Positions 26,393-38,300 of a DNA stretch of 64,000 nucleotides are shown here, piece by piece. The stretch spans positions 24,926,001 to 24,990,000 of the forward strand of contig CM119372.1 in the NCBI GenBank assembly GCA_051294905.1. The letters run 5' to 3'. Origin of the DNA: Botryllus schlosseri. Taxonomy: Eukaryota. The notes beneath the pieces were generated by a model. It was not told the origin of the DNA. It was given only the letters and a program-made list of their open reading frames with translations, and ran no database searches. Position 1 is the stretch's first letter; every line of letters begins with the position of its first letter. Both the position numbers and the translations under genes were made by a program.

Positions 26393-27296
26393 CGTTTTAT
26401 GCTAAGAAAAATCAGACAGCGTATTTGGTAATACGATTGCATGCGTAATGAGTACATTCCGAATGGATGATGCTGTAGCTTTGTAAGCTGTCTGCATAAA
26501 CTGTAACCTGACTGCCAGTACCGCGTAAACAAGAATTGCGTAACTCCATCGACTCCATCCAAAAACGCTTATCACTAGTGCGTTCGCGCTGGGCATAACA
26601 GCGCTTTATTGCGATTTGCGAGTGACAACGCCTGTGGTAGACGCGGCGTCCTTCAGCTCGATTTCAAAGTGATTTTGAGAGCAAACTAAACTTGTGCATT
26701 ATCATGATGATAGGACCACGATTTCGGTGCATACTGGTGAGGGCGTTTTTGTAATGACGTAATTTTTGAATTCGTGATTTTGATGCTTTTTTTTCGCGTT
26801 TTGTAATTGGCGTTAACGTTTGTAGGCTGTAGACTTGTGTGTTCAAACCATGATCACCAAACAGTACCGGTATCTAAATAAATGTTTATACGTTCAACTG
26901 TTGTATCTAAGTTACAATGTCTCTATGTGAATGATTTAGTAAGTACCATAGCCCAAGGTGCAGTATTAGGAAGGCCAACAAGCCCAACATACATCATAGA
27001 CATTTGCTGCAATGGCCTTGTAATTCATATCATTTAATGATTTTGATTGTATTGTACCTTTATATCCTTACGGTACTGCTTTTGACGAAAATACGCCTAT
27101 TTTCAGATGTATAGCATATAATTTGTTAGCGATACATGAAGCTAAGATTGCTCTTGAAACCTAGTTTCCACAGAAACTTTGTTGAAATAAATAAGATACG
27201 CGTGTGCTGGGATTCAATGCTATTGACCTTCTTTTTAACTACGGTATACCAGATGTAGGGTTTTTATCCATGTATTGACCATTTGACTATTCCAAA

Positions 27297-29378
27297 ATGG
27301 CAGCCAAAGGTATGAAAGGGCTACTGGCATGGTGCAAAAAGAACACCGAAGGTTATAGAGATGTAAATGTTACGAACATGTCCTCTTCATGGAAAGATGG
27401 ATTAGCCTTCTGTGCTTTGCTGCATAAATTTCACCCCGAACTGATAGACTTCGACTCGCTCTCCAAAGAAAATGTGCTATACAATAATCAGTTGGCATTT
27501 GGAATTGCAGAGGACCTTGGCATTGCCGCATTCCTTGATGCAGAAGACATGGTAAATATGAAAACGCCAGACAAATTAAGTGTTATGACTTATTTGTCTC
27601 AGTATTATAACTGCTTCAAAGATAGCAAGCCTGGGGAACATGATGCCAACCAAACTGTTGTCAACCCAGTGAATAACCCAAAAACTCTCGATTCCCCAAA
27701 GAAGGCAAACGATGTAAGTCTTTGCACGATTTGTGGCAAAAAAGTACACCTCGTCCAGAGATATTTCGAAGATGGAAAGCTCTACCATAGGACTTGTCAT
27801 CGCACTAGCTCTCTAGATAATATCAGGGGCAAAAATTATTTCATTAAACAGACAAAGGATAGAACAAACGACTCTCAAAGTGTAACTCTACCTAAGGTGA
27901 AGGGGGGAAATGAAGCTGCACCAACGTCCACACCTGGTGATCAAAATGAAATGTCCGTAACTACAAGCAGTGGCGATGCTGGGATTGATAGAGTTGACAC
28001 AAGGCATGAGGACTCTGATAAAGACGATCAAGCATCCTCCAATGGTACAAATGACAATACTTTTAAACCTCTTCCCAAACCGCGAGTCAGAACACTGCCG
28101 CCGAATACCAATGCTGCTACAGATACTGTTATGCAGTCAAGTTCTAATGGTGCTTCAAAGCCCGTTTCTGATGACGATCACAATGATGATCTCAACCCGT
28201 TCGGTTCAGATTCTGATAGTCAAGAAACTTTATTATCAACATCATCTGAAGATGACACAAATCCTTTTGCCTCTACGACAGAATCGAAGAGTGGAAGTCA
28301 GAAGACAGGGCAACAGCAGTCAGAGTCGGAAAACGAAGGCAATCCTTTTGGTGATGATGACATCGATGAAGTGGCGGATGAAGGTTTTGGAAATCCATTT
28401 GGAGACTGTGACAAAGAGGAAAAAATTGAAACTTCTCAGCTGAAGCCGAAACAACCGGAACGCTTCAACCCATTTGCCAAAGACATCAGCGAAGAGCCTG
28501 TTGTCGAAAGCAAGAAAATTCCTAAGAAAGCCCCTCCGCGACCTGTAAATACACCTGCAGTCAAAGCACCCCCAAAGAGTCGTAAGAAGGCACCTGCACC
28601 ACCTCCGCCAACATGGAAGCTTGATTCCACTCAGAAAATGGTTGAAATGAACAGGGCCAATGAAAGAAACGAGAAATTCCCACAGAAGAAAACAGTGGAA
28701 CAAAAACCAATGTCGCCACGCAAGCCATCAACGAAAATGGATCGATTTAAGTTGCGAAGATTGTCGACTCCGAAAACACGAGCGGCACCGGGTTACGGAC
28801 ATCCATTGGTAAAACGAAAAGTACATATCGCAATGACCGAAGACGAAATAACAACAGAATTGAAACTGATTGATATCAAATTGACTGACTACGAGACCAA
28901 GGGTGTGAAGCTGGAAGAAATGCTAAGATTTGCCATGAATAAAGATGTGGAATGGACAAACGAGGAGGATGAGCTTCTTAACGAGTGGTTTGATCTTGTC
29001 AATAAAAAGAATATTCTGCTAAGAGACGAGTCCGATCTCGTGTTTCAACTTCAACAGCAAAGATTAGAGCAAGAACACGCCGACATCGAATTTGAGCTGA
29101 GAAAACTTCTGAACAAACCAGACTCTGCGAAAACCGAAGAGGATAAAAAGAAAGAGGAGGAATTACTGCTGAAGCTCGTGGAGGTTGTGGAGAGAAGAAA
29201 TGTAATCATAAACTCCATAGAAGAGGAACGACTGAAAGAAGCGGAGGAGGATTCAATGTACGAACAAATGAAATGGATGAAGGAGAATCCAGGTAAAAAG
29301 AAGAAAAAGAACAAAGTAAAGAAAATGTTCAGCAAGAAGGACAAAAAGAAGGAAAAGAAAGTCAAAGACAATCAATGA
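27297..29378 (+). CDS. MICALL: MICAL-like protein (CH domain, partial LIM, NPF motifs, Pro-rich region, C-terminal bMERB coiled coil); intronless CDS
   Basis: 693-aa ORF: LLAWCK..TEGYRDVNVTNMSSSWKDGLAFCALLH (CH), CTICGKKVHLVQRY..DGKLYHRTC (LIM start), five NPF motifs, WFDLVNKKNILLR...LEQEHADIEFELR (bMERB). Confidence 0.9.
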   Translation: MAAKGMKGLLAWCKKNTEGYRDVNVTNMSSSWKDGLAFCALLHKFHPELIDFDSLSKENVLYNNQLAFGIAEDLGIAAFLDAEDMVNMKTPDKLSVMTYLSQYYNCFKDSKPGEHDANQTVVNPVNNPKTLDSPKKANDVSLCTICGKKVHLVQRYFEDGKLYHRTCHRTSSLDNIRGKNYFIKQTKDRTNDSQSVTLPKVKGGNEAAPTSTPGDQNEMSVTTSSGDAGIDRVDTRHEDSDKDDQASSNGTNDNTFKPLPKPRVRTLPPNTNAATDTVMQSSSNGASKPVSDDDHNDDLNPFGSDSDSQETLLSTSSEDDTNPFASTTESKSGSQKTGQQQSESENEGNPFGDDDIDEVADEGFGNPFGDCDKEEKIETSQLKPKQPERFNPFAKDISEEPVVESKKIPKKAPPRPVNTPAVKAPPKSRKKAPAPPPPTWKLDSTQKMVEMNRANERNEKFPQKKTVEQKPMSPRKPSTKMDRFKLRRLSTPKTRAAPGYGHPLVKRKVHIAMTEDEITTELKLIDIKLTDYETKGVKLEEMLRFAMNKDVEWTNEEDELLNEWFDLVNKKNILLRDESDLVFQLQQQRLEQEHADIEFELRKLLNKPDSAKTEEDKKKEEELLLKLVEVVERRNVIINSIEEERLKEAEEDSMYEQMKWMKENPGKKKKKNKVKKMFSKKDKKKEKKVKDNQ

Positions 29379-30567
29379 TCCATATATCTACGTCAAGCAT
29401 GCAGCTGCACTTCGATACCTATTAACACAGTTTAGTATTGAGAAAAGTTGTCATTATAGATGGGGTAAAAAACCGTAGCATTATCGTAAGACAGTTCCTG
29501 TAATGTGCTGGTTCATATTGCAGTGCAACTGTCAACACAAAAATATTCATTGCACTTGATATACTTCGAATTTCCAAGCCTGGGCCTGTAGGACGTTGTT
29601 AATTAGTAGGCTATATATTGTATAGCATACTAATGGTGACCTGAACTAATCATTTGTGGGTAATACAGCCCGTACGAGATATGTAGTAACAACATGCTCC
29701 AATTAGCTAACTTGCAATTAATGTTATTTATTGATTTTGCAACGTCTTGTGTGATTTTGAATGTTGGTGTTTCAGAAATCTTGATGTACAATTTTCTGCC
29801 ATGCAATAGCCATCTCTACACCCTGTCTGCTTTTAACTGGAATTGTTTGTTCTACATATTTTATATCCAGGATTTGGACATGGATATCAGTGAAGAATAA
29901 TTATAGAGCAAGGAAATCAAAGAGCCTACACACCACAGCAAAAGTAGTAATCCAGTGCAATTTCATGAATGAGCAGTCATTATTTGAAGATTTCAATTGT
30001 GTTGCGATATATCTTTGCCGTCATGCTTACCTATATAACAATGCATTCTTTTGTTGCTGATACATCACTTTTAAATGCTTATACTAATATAATCCATTGC
30101 GAATATATGCCACATTTGAATTGGATTTACACCTATTGGAGATAGGATGTAGGTACCTGATGCAACCTACATAATTTGATGATTTAGAGCCAATAGTATA
30201 GATCTGATTACATCGAAGCAGCAAGGCATCTTTCACAGGATTTATTACATCGAAGCAGCAAGGCAGACATCAAATGTAATATACTGGTGAGGATCAGGTC
30301 AGAACACCTCTATAGATGGCAGTGTACTGCGGCAAAGTATTTGTGATCAAATAAGTAGCAAATACTTCTTCACATATCAATGACCCCATCTGTTGTTCTT
30401 GCCAGCATGTTTTGAACTGGTCAGCTGTCATATGCCTTGAACGGCTGGGCATTATCAGCATTCTTTTTTTATAACGAAGAGTTTACGAAAGTGAAAATTT
30501 TTACAATTCCACATTGTCGCATTCCATATCCGGATGATCTAATCTGACTCCAACCACGGGTCGCGCA

Positions 30568-31377
30568 TTAGACAAGAAAGGCATCATCGTCTTCAAGCTT
30601 GTCGTCCTTTGCTTCCTGGAATGAATCATCAGCATCTTCGAGCCAAGGGCTGTCGATGGGTATATTTCCCAGCGCTTTCACAGTATCTTCATTCATGGAC
30701 ATGAGATTTAGTCCTTGCATGGTCATCTGTTCAAGGACTTCTTCACTTGTTGGTACTTGATGCAGTTCATCGTCATATTCTGGACCAAGCAACCATAGTT
30801 TTTCTAGATTGTATATCAACCTTGTTTTCTCTAGCATAATATGAATGACCATATTGCCGAAGTCTATGGAATGCCAGTCATCGGAATGCTTTTTACCTTC
30901 AATGTTCACAAATGGATGAAAGTGTTTCCTTTTCTTCTTGTACAATTTGTTGAGGATTTCACTTATACTGAAAAGATGTCTGGGCGAATTGGCAGTCGCA
31001 ATGATAAAATAGTCAACGTAACACATTTCCTCAGGTACTTGGATGGCAACCACATCGACACCGCCTTCTTCCCTTATTAGATCAACAACTTCATCCAATT
31101 GAAGAACAGCTAATTCAGATGTTACACGACCTTTGGATTGTGCCCGCAAAGCAGGCCAAGTTGATGTAACATCATCGCTATGTTGTTTAGAAGCGCTAAT
31201 ATGATATTGACGAGGTTTTCTGCTTTGGGGTAGTGTGGTTTTAGGGCCCGAGGGGGTGCGTTGGGGTTTCACACGCAATTCATTGCATAAGAGACAGGAC
31301 TCAAGACTCAATCCTGATAAATATCGGGACTTTCTTAGAATGTGATTGAAAATTATTGATGACTTATTAATGATCAT
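30568..31377 (-). CDS. MALSU1: Mitochondrial assembly of ribosomal large subunit 1 (RsfS/Iojap family); intronless
   Basis: DVVAIQVPEEMCYVDYFIIATANSPRHL...DDWHSIDFGNMVIHIMLEKTRLIYNLEKLW is an RsfS domain. Basic, acid-poor N-terminus resembles a mitochondrial presequence. First ATG is at 31377; the track's 31389 start is a TTG. Confidence 0.9.
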   Translation of the reverse strand: MIINKSSIIFNHILRKSRYLSGLSLESCLLCNELRVKPQRTPSGPKTTLPQSRKPRQYHISASKQHSDDVTSTWPALRAQSKGRVTSELAVLQLDEVVDLIREEGGVDVVAIQVPEEMCYVDYFIIATANSPRHLFSISEILNKLYKKKRKHFHPFVNIEGKKHSDDWHSIDFGNMVIHIMLEKTRLIYNLEKLWLLGPEYDDELHQVPTSEEVLEQMTMQGLNLMSMNEDTVKALGNIPIDSPWLEDADDSFQEAKDDKLEDDDAFLV

Positions 31378-31378
31378 G

Positions 31379-31654
31379 CTATTCACCAAATTGCTCGATC
31401 GTTTGAACTATCAAAATTATATTTTCGAAAAACGCAGTAACTGAGGTTCGTAAAATACGAGCTTCTTTCGCAGTCCAGTTAACTCGGAGAAGGTTTCCGG
31501 AGACTTCCAGCTTCTTCGTTACGATGTTTTTTCTTGGTTCCGCGTCCACGCTCAGTGTTCTTTTCGCAATATTCGCATGGTTCGGGCAAGGAAATTTCAC
31601 TTCAACAGAAAACTTTAGGTCAAGCGCACCTGTCATATTTCTCTGCTGCTCCAT
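31379..31654 (-). CDS. LAGE3: EKC/KEOPS complex subunit Pcc1/LAGE3; intronless, 91 aa
   Basis: VKFP.PNHANIAKRTLSVDAEP...VTKKLEVSGNLLRVNWTAKEARILRTSVTAFFENIILIVQTIEQFG fits the Pcc1 family pattern (FP...A.IA...L..D.EP...LR.S...F...L.LV..T...FG). Confidence 0.88.
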   Translation of the reverse strand: MEQQRNMTGALDLKFSVEVKFPCPNHANIAKRTLSVDAEPRKNIVTKKLEVSGNLLRVNWTAKEARILRTSVTAFFENIILIVQTIEQFGE

Positions 31655-32319
31655 ACTCCCTCCACGAGATGATGATGGTGAGAAATGTTTTCTCTATCCG
31701 GTCGGTTCCTCGCCACTGCTCAATAAACTGTATTACAGATGATGAAATATATATTGATATATCGAGGCTGCATAATAAAAAGCAAATGAAATTGATGGTA
31801 TCAGTGAGTGTATTATATTTTCACTATTGAGATTTCCACGAAAAATATCAATTTTTATATGTAAATGATTGCTTGGGTCGTTCTGCATCATTGACGATTG
31901 CACGTGTGTCAAGCTTCTATTAGAACATTATCAATGACAGGAGTGCGGTATGTTACAAATCCCCCGTCTGAAGCTCGTTTCGGTTCGTTTAAATATCCTT
32001 CCACAAGCCTAGTAAGCAAACTATTATGCTATTAGAATTACGTTTACGTTCCATCAGAGAATGGCTACTCTGACTGTAATAGATACTCTATGACTGTGAT
32101 GTACTGTAACCTAACGACGCTAACGTGCTTTGTAGATATTATATAAACTTTTGATCGAAAGCATCAATTGAATTGCATATATTTTTTTAACATTGAGCTT
32201 TTCTATTAAAAGTCGGCTTATATTTTGTGATAATTTGTCGATACTGCCAAGAACAAAGTAAAAGCGGATCAGTGGGATCATTATCACATCAACAAACAAC
32301 GTTTTGAAAGCAAGGGATC
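31655..32319. promoter_or_regulatory. Probable bidirectional promoter between LAGE3 (-) and PES1 (+)
   Basis: 665 bp separate the divergent ATGs; the region is AT-rich and free of large repeats. Inferred from gene geometry. Confidence 0.55.
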
Positions 32320-35300
32320 ATGGGTCGCATGAAGAAAAAGGTATGGTTTTGATATTCTACTATAGGCCAGGCTGACAAACGTGCGCAATGTGTGTGTGAG
32401 TGTTGTGCAATTCACTGACCTCAAACCTGAGTGTATTTACCGACAAGATAGCGTAATGGTTAAACATCCGGCTTCTTGATCGGTATGGTCGGGGCTTCGA
32501 TCCCCGGCCGGGTCAGACCAAAGACCTGATTAGTAACACTGGTATCCATGACTTCCCTGCTTGGCGCTCATGCATTACTGGGATAGCATGGAGGGGTGGT
32601 GCAAGACTTGAAAAGCCATAGAAGGCTATATCTGCACCCCAGAGTGGAATGATTACCAGTTAACTCGGCACTTGGTGAATTCGGCCGGACGAACTCGGCA
32701 CTTGGTGAATTCGGCACTTGGTGAATTCGGCCATCAGGAAATTTTGTAATAATAATGCATTAAATATATATCTCAGATAAAGAAGAATCACGTGCCGTGG
32801 TCGATCGCGTAGCGGTACCGGTCACCATGATTGGTTACTGGAATGTTTGCCGGTGAACTCGGCACTAATCTTGGGATATCCTAACCCCAACTTTGACCCT
32901 AACCCACCTCCAATCCCCCTTTCCCCCAACCTAATATCCTCCTTACCTAACATCCCCCAACCCTAATCTTGGGATACCCTAACCCGCCACCACATATCCG
33001 TGAATTGCCTTATAATAGATTCAAAAAAGCCCTACTTGATCACCGATTGTCGCTACACTAACACTGTTGCCCTACCTCGCCCAGACATTGCTTCATTGAT
33101 CATTTGCTACCATTGTTGAATTTTTTTTCTATTTTCCTTTCCTAACTAAACATCTTTTTACAGCCATACTGTTCAGAGTCAAGTGTACCTGTTTGATGCT
33201 GGTGTGATCAGACTAGATGACCTTCACGGTCTTATCGATCATTCCTATCTAATACCGAATACTGTGCACGCATATTTTCTGTACCACCATCACTGCCGTT
33301 TGTTATGTATTTTGGTTCGATGAAAATAAAGACTCTCTCTCTCTCTCCAATCACCTTTTCCCCCAACCTAATATCCCCCCTTCCATAATCTTGGGATACC
33401 CTAACCCACTTTCAATCACCCTTTCCCCCAACCTAATATCCCCCCTTCCCTAACATCCCCCAACCCGAATCTTGGGATACCCTAACCCACCTCCAATCCC
33501 CCAACCTAATATCCCCCCTTCCCTAACATCCCCAACCCTAATCTTGGGATACCCTAACCCACCTCCAATCTCCCTTCCCCAAACCCTAATATCGCCCTTT
33601 CCCCCAACCCTAATATCCCCCTTTCCCCAATCCTAATATCCCTCTTTCCCCCAACCTAACATCCCCCTTCCAAACCCTAATATCCCACTTTCCCCAACCC
33701 TAATGCCCCCACCCCAACACTAACATCCGTCTCTCCAAAGGCACAAAAAAACACAATTTATTTTGACGTTTGTAAATTTTTGTTCGTGGGAAACGTTTAT
33801 TGGTGATCCTTTAAAACTTCGTTATTACATAAAACACAGATATCCATCTTCTCAAAAGTCGTCCGTCCGTCCCACGCCAAGTCAAATCAACACTGAGCCG
33901 ACCACGCGTGGTCGATGCGCGAACGTCGCGTTATCTCCCGCGCTTGCGCAATCCGTGATCATGTGATCGCCGTGACTGCGTGATCTACGCATGCCCTGAC
34001 CTCCTTACAAGATTGCCAATCACTTGATAATAACATTATTAGTTTAATAATTCATATTAATAGCTGTTAATACACTTTATTACAAAATTTCCCGATGGCC
34101 GAGTTCACCAATGTTCGAATTTACCAAGTGCCGAGTTCGTCCGGCCGAATTCACCAAGTGCCGAGTTCACCGGCAACCGAGTGGAATTGGTGGCAACGTC
34201 ATGCAGAACTTTCTGTTCCATTACACAATTATTCTATGCAGAAAAGTTCTCATCACGCAGGATGTATTTCAAAAAATGAACCGAGATTCCAGATATAGGT
34301 CTGCACCTTCCTTGTCCAGCGGCATATGCACATCATGCACTCATGGTATGCATATGCACAGATCGTGTTTAACATTATTTGACTTGTGAATAAAACTAAA
34401 TAAAAAATAGTATAAAATTTGTATAAAAATGCCCCAGACCGGAGGAAGGCCCTACGATTTGAGAGAGGGGAATACGATGGTCTGTGAATTCGGCGAGCCG
34501 CATAAAATAAAAAATAGAAATGAAAAAGTGCTTGGAGTATTTGGTTATATTAAGGTAGGCATCGTGTCCTGCTGCCTTTAAAAAACCAGTGCTTCAATCA
34601 CTGTTTGTACCGGGAAGAGTATGGCTTCGGCCTTCATATTCCCAAACGAGCACTCTCCGACGGGGTTGTTTACCGGGGGAAGAGTTTCAAATGTGGCAAG
34701 CCGAAAGTCTTGCCAGCTCAAAACAAGAGGCTGTGGACGAGCAGTTGGAGGTTTTGGCCGCAGACAGGCCTTCCGCCAAGCTATCCGCAAGTCTCGCCTT
34801 GATGCACTGAGGGGAGTCGAGTGAGAGTCGTCATACCCAACAGTCTCAGGCACTACAGCACGACCCGGCCAAGTGATGACTGACTGGCTGAAATGGTTGC
34901 GAGAGTGAATGTGCAACCGGGTCCGAAGTGCTTGGGCTGTTCCACCACGTCCTAGGCAGAGGTTTTCTCCGGGTACTCAGGTTCCTCATGCACGAAAATG
35001 GATGACTGGTAATAATAGGAACTAATAAAAGCCATTAACAAACAAGGCACTTGGTCCTTCGATCAAACTGCCTGTACCTGGGGAGGTAGGCTGCGATCCC
35101 TCCAGACCAGGGCACCATTGGGTTAACCAAGGTTGCCGAAAAAAGAAAAAAAAGTGCTCGCACTGCCAGTTGCTAAAAATAAGCATCTGATCTCTTGTCA
35201 CTGACTTAGTATAGCCATTTGAATTCCGTAATCTAACCTCTCACGCCGCTGAGTTGGCTCTGTCGCGCGAGAGAAGTTCCCACCATGCAGGATTTATTCA

Positions 35301-38300
35301 AAAAAAAGGACCGAGATTGCATAGTGGCGGGCTGGGATGGGTGTCCAAAATCATGGATATATATTCACATGTGGGACTTAACACAATAACACATTTTTTT
35401 TTGCACTTCTGACAATTCCATGAGTCCGTGCAAATGTTGCTTGCATGGATGGACATGATTACCATGAAAACTAGCCGGTCTGGTTATTAAGTCTATCTTG
35501 AAATTGTGTTGTTTCATCTTCATGTTGGCCCAATGCAAATTACATTTAACCCTCAAATTCACTTTTTACAGTATGAAGCAGGGGCCGCGACCCAGTATGT
35601 CACAAGAAAGTACGCCTGCAAGAGGCTTCAACTCAGTCTGGCCAATTTTCGCAGAATATGCATTTTAAAAGGGATTTATCCACATGCGCCTGCTAACAAA
35701 AAAAGGGTATGGTTGCCGAATGATCCAACCTAAAAGTATTCAATCGCAATGTTTCATTTCGGCCATTTCAGGTTAACAAAGGCAGTACTTCAAACAGGAC
35801 ATTCTACTTCTTAAAAGATATTCAATTTCTCACTCATGAACCGGTTATCTCTAAGTTTCGTGAAAACAAGGTGAGTTAATTTCTATGAGATTGCTAGTTG
35901 GACACTTGGTTGCTTATCACAGAGCTACTTGATATGAAGGTAGTAGTTTCCATTATTGTACATCCTGTATAAAAACCCGTCAGCAGTTTTGAATGATTTT
36001 TGAGATATAGTGTAGTGGCAAGGGTAAGTCCCTGATTAGTGTTGGTATGACATCGGCTAATTGTGTTTATTTTCATGATTTGATGGTTGTCACGGTTTCA
36101 TTCTGATGCATGCTCGTGCTCATAATTATTTTGGGCAGCTTGGGCAATCATGTACACTGTACAGTGTACAGCCTATTTTTCGTCAAATATATTTTGTAAC
36201 GTTACAAATACTGCGGGCAAGTCGGACATGTGATACATTAGTAATTGTTTGATATTCAATGCTTGACCAGCTGTGAAAAATGATTTAGACATACATCAAG
36301 AAGCTGAAAAAGGCTGTTGGAAGAGGGGAGGATAAAAAGGTGGACAAAATTAGGAAAAACAAGCCATCGTACAGGATTGATCATATTGTTCGTGAGAGGT
36401 AAGTCTGTCAGACAATATCAAGGAGAAATTGGCTTAGCTTTCGATTATTGAAGTGTTATGCCCGCTCATGGCGAAGTATAACCCAGCCTGTTGAACTGGT
36501 TAATATTTTGTTATCTGTGCTGTGGACAGCAGTCGTGTTGCAAAATGCAGTTCATAAACTCAACATAAAGTAAGCTAACGGTATATCGAAATCGACTACT
36601 GTTAGTGAGATTAAAATTTCATTCTGTAACCAATGCACTAGTTCTGGAACTTCATTTGTATTTAGATATTTCCCCCTCAGTTTTTTACTGTTCTCACAAT
36701 ATCAACGGTCACGCTTGAACATGGAAACTGATTTTGTTTAGGTATCCTACTTTCGCCGGGGCAGTGCAAGACTTGGACGACGCTTTGTGCATGTGCTTTC
36801 TATTCGCCAACCTGCCGAAATCACATAGCATTCACGCAGAGACCGTGGCCCTGTGTAGAAGATTAACTGGTAAGTTTATCCTGCTTTTTCGGATACGGCT
36901 CAATCAGCGTCGTTTTTTTTTCGGTCATATTGTTTACAAATGAAGGCTCTATGCTTCTTTTACAGTCGAATTTATGCTTTATGTAATCGAGGCGAAAGCC
37001 CTCCGAAAAGTTTTCATTTCGATCAAGGGGATATATTATCAGGCAGAGGTCATGGGGCACACAATAACGTGGGTCACGCCTCACAGCTTGTCTCATCACG
37101 TGAGTTGCGTCGCTTTAAAATGTCCGTGAGTCGGTAGTTAATTAAACGATTGATTTTTTCAGCATCCGGAAGATGTCGACTTCAAAGTGATGTCTACCTT
37201 CACCGAGTTTTACCGAAATATGCTCGGATTCGTTCTTTTCAAGCTGTTCAATGATCTCAATTTGCATTATCCTCCTCGTGTGTCGATCACCGGCGGCGCT
37301 GAGGACCGCCAGGATATTGTTGCGTCGAAAACGGGCAGGAAAAGGAAACGCAGAGACGACGAAGGAAGAGATCGTGAGCCCCAGTTCTGCATGATTTACG
37401 AGACGCATAGAGAAGTGAGTTGTTATTCGATGATGATCATTTTTCAGTTTGCGGTGTGCGGAAACGAATTATACTATTGTGATTTCAGAATGATTGCATT
37501 TTCTATTTTATTTTAAATCACGGCATCAGAATCTTTATCGCACTTGGTTCCATGGATTGCAGCATTTTGTTGTGGAAATTTCATGGCGCATTCTTGAGTC
37601 GCTATGAAGTCTGCTTACTCGATTAGATATCCAGAATAAGAGTTCTATTCCAGTTAGCTTCATTATAGGCAGGCATATATCATAGTGTCATTCGTTCAGA
37701 ATTGGATTGTTTAGTGTAAATTCGGCGATGCTATTGTCCGATATTTTCCAACCTTTTCGACTCATCTCCCCCCCCCCCCACTGATCCAAAAAGAGTACAT
37801 GGCTGAAATATGTTTACCTAGTTCTGATCACTTGTGAATTGACTAAAAAAAGCCATGTCACGGAGATTTCATGTCTAGGTTTGTCTGCCATGAAATCACC
37901 TATGATTTTTGTTTGTTTTCTGGGATGATTAAATCTATGTGCTCCATTTTAGAGGAAAATTATCCGTGTGATTAATCAGTTAGTGCGACCTTGCATAGGT
38001 ATCTTTCGATTTCGGGGTGCTGCAGAATGTTGAATCGGTGAATCACCCCTGGCAATTTCGTGGACATATTTGCCAATTGTTTTGACAATGACGCAATAGT
38101 GCATGTTTTCTAGCCCACAATTTGTTTCCATATTGATTTACTTCTTCATATTCAATTTGTGTTTTTGTCGATTATAGCGCATTGCCAGTCTCAATGTGCC
38201 ATTGGCAAGAGCATCGATCGAAGAAGACGCTGTTGTCGACAATGAAGATGACGTCGAGCTCTTGTCTGGTGACAATGAAGCTGTAGCCAAACAGAAGTTG

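Noticed and set aside
29051..29371. Antisense ORFs within MICALL, AIFM3, PES1 and METTL25B exons
   Set aside because: Shadow ORFs of real coding sequence (here Phe/Ser-rich, mirroring Lys/Glu codons).
31378..31389. MALSU1 start at 31389 overlapping LAGE3, as given in the ORF track
   Set aside because: That codon is TTG. The first ATG is at 31377.
32071..32100. Possible further P footprint (tgactgt-aatagatactcta-tgactgt); also ~21580-21620
   Set aside because: Termini and TSD register do not fit YATAG...CTATR with a GT-N3-A-N duplication cleanly; could be a simple short duplication.
32440..32520. tRNA gene (also ~5150-5220 and ~42600-42680 on the minus strand)
   Set aside because: A/B-box-like heads without a clean cloverleaf, continuing into SINE bodies.
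32870..33730. True telomere or chromosome-fusion site
   Set aside because: Units are degenerate rather than (TTAGGG)n, and they are enclosed by the TIRs and TSD of a transposon.
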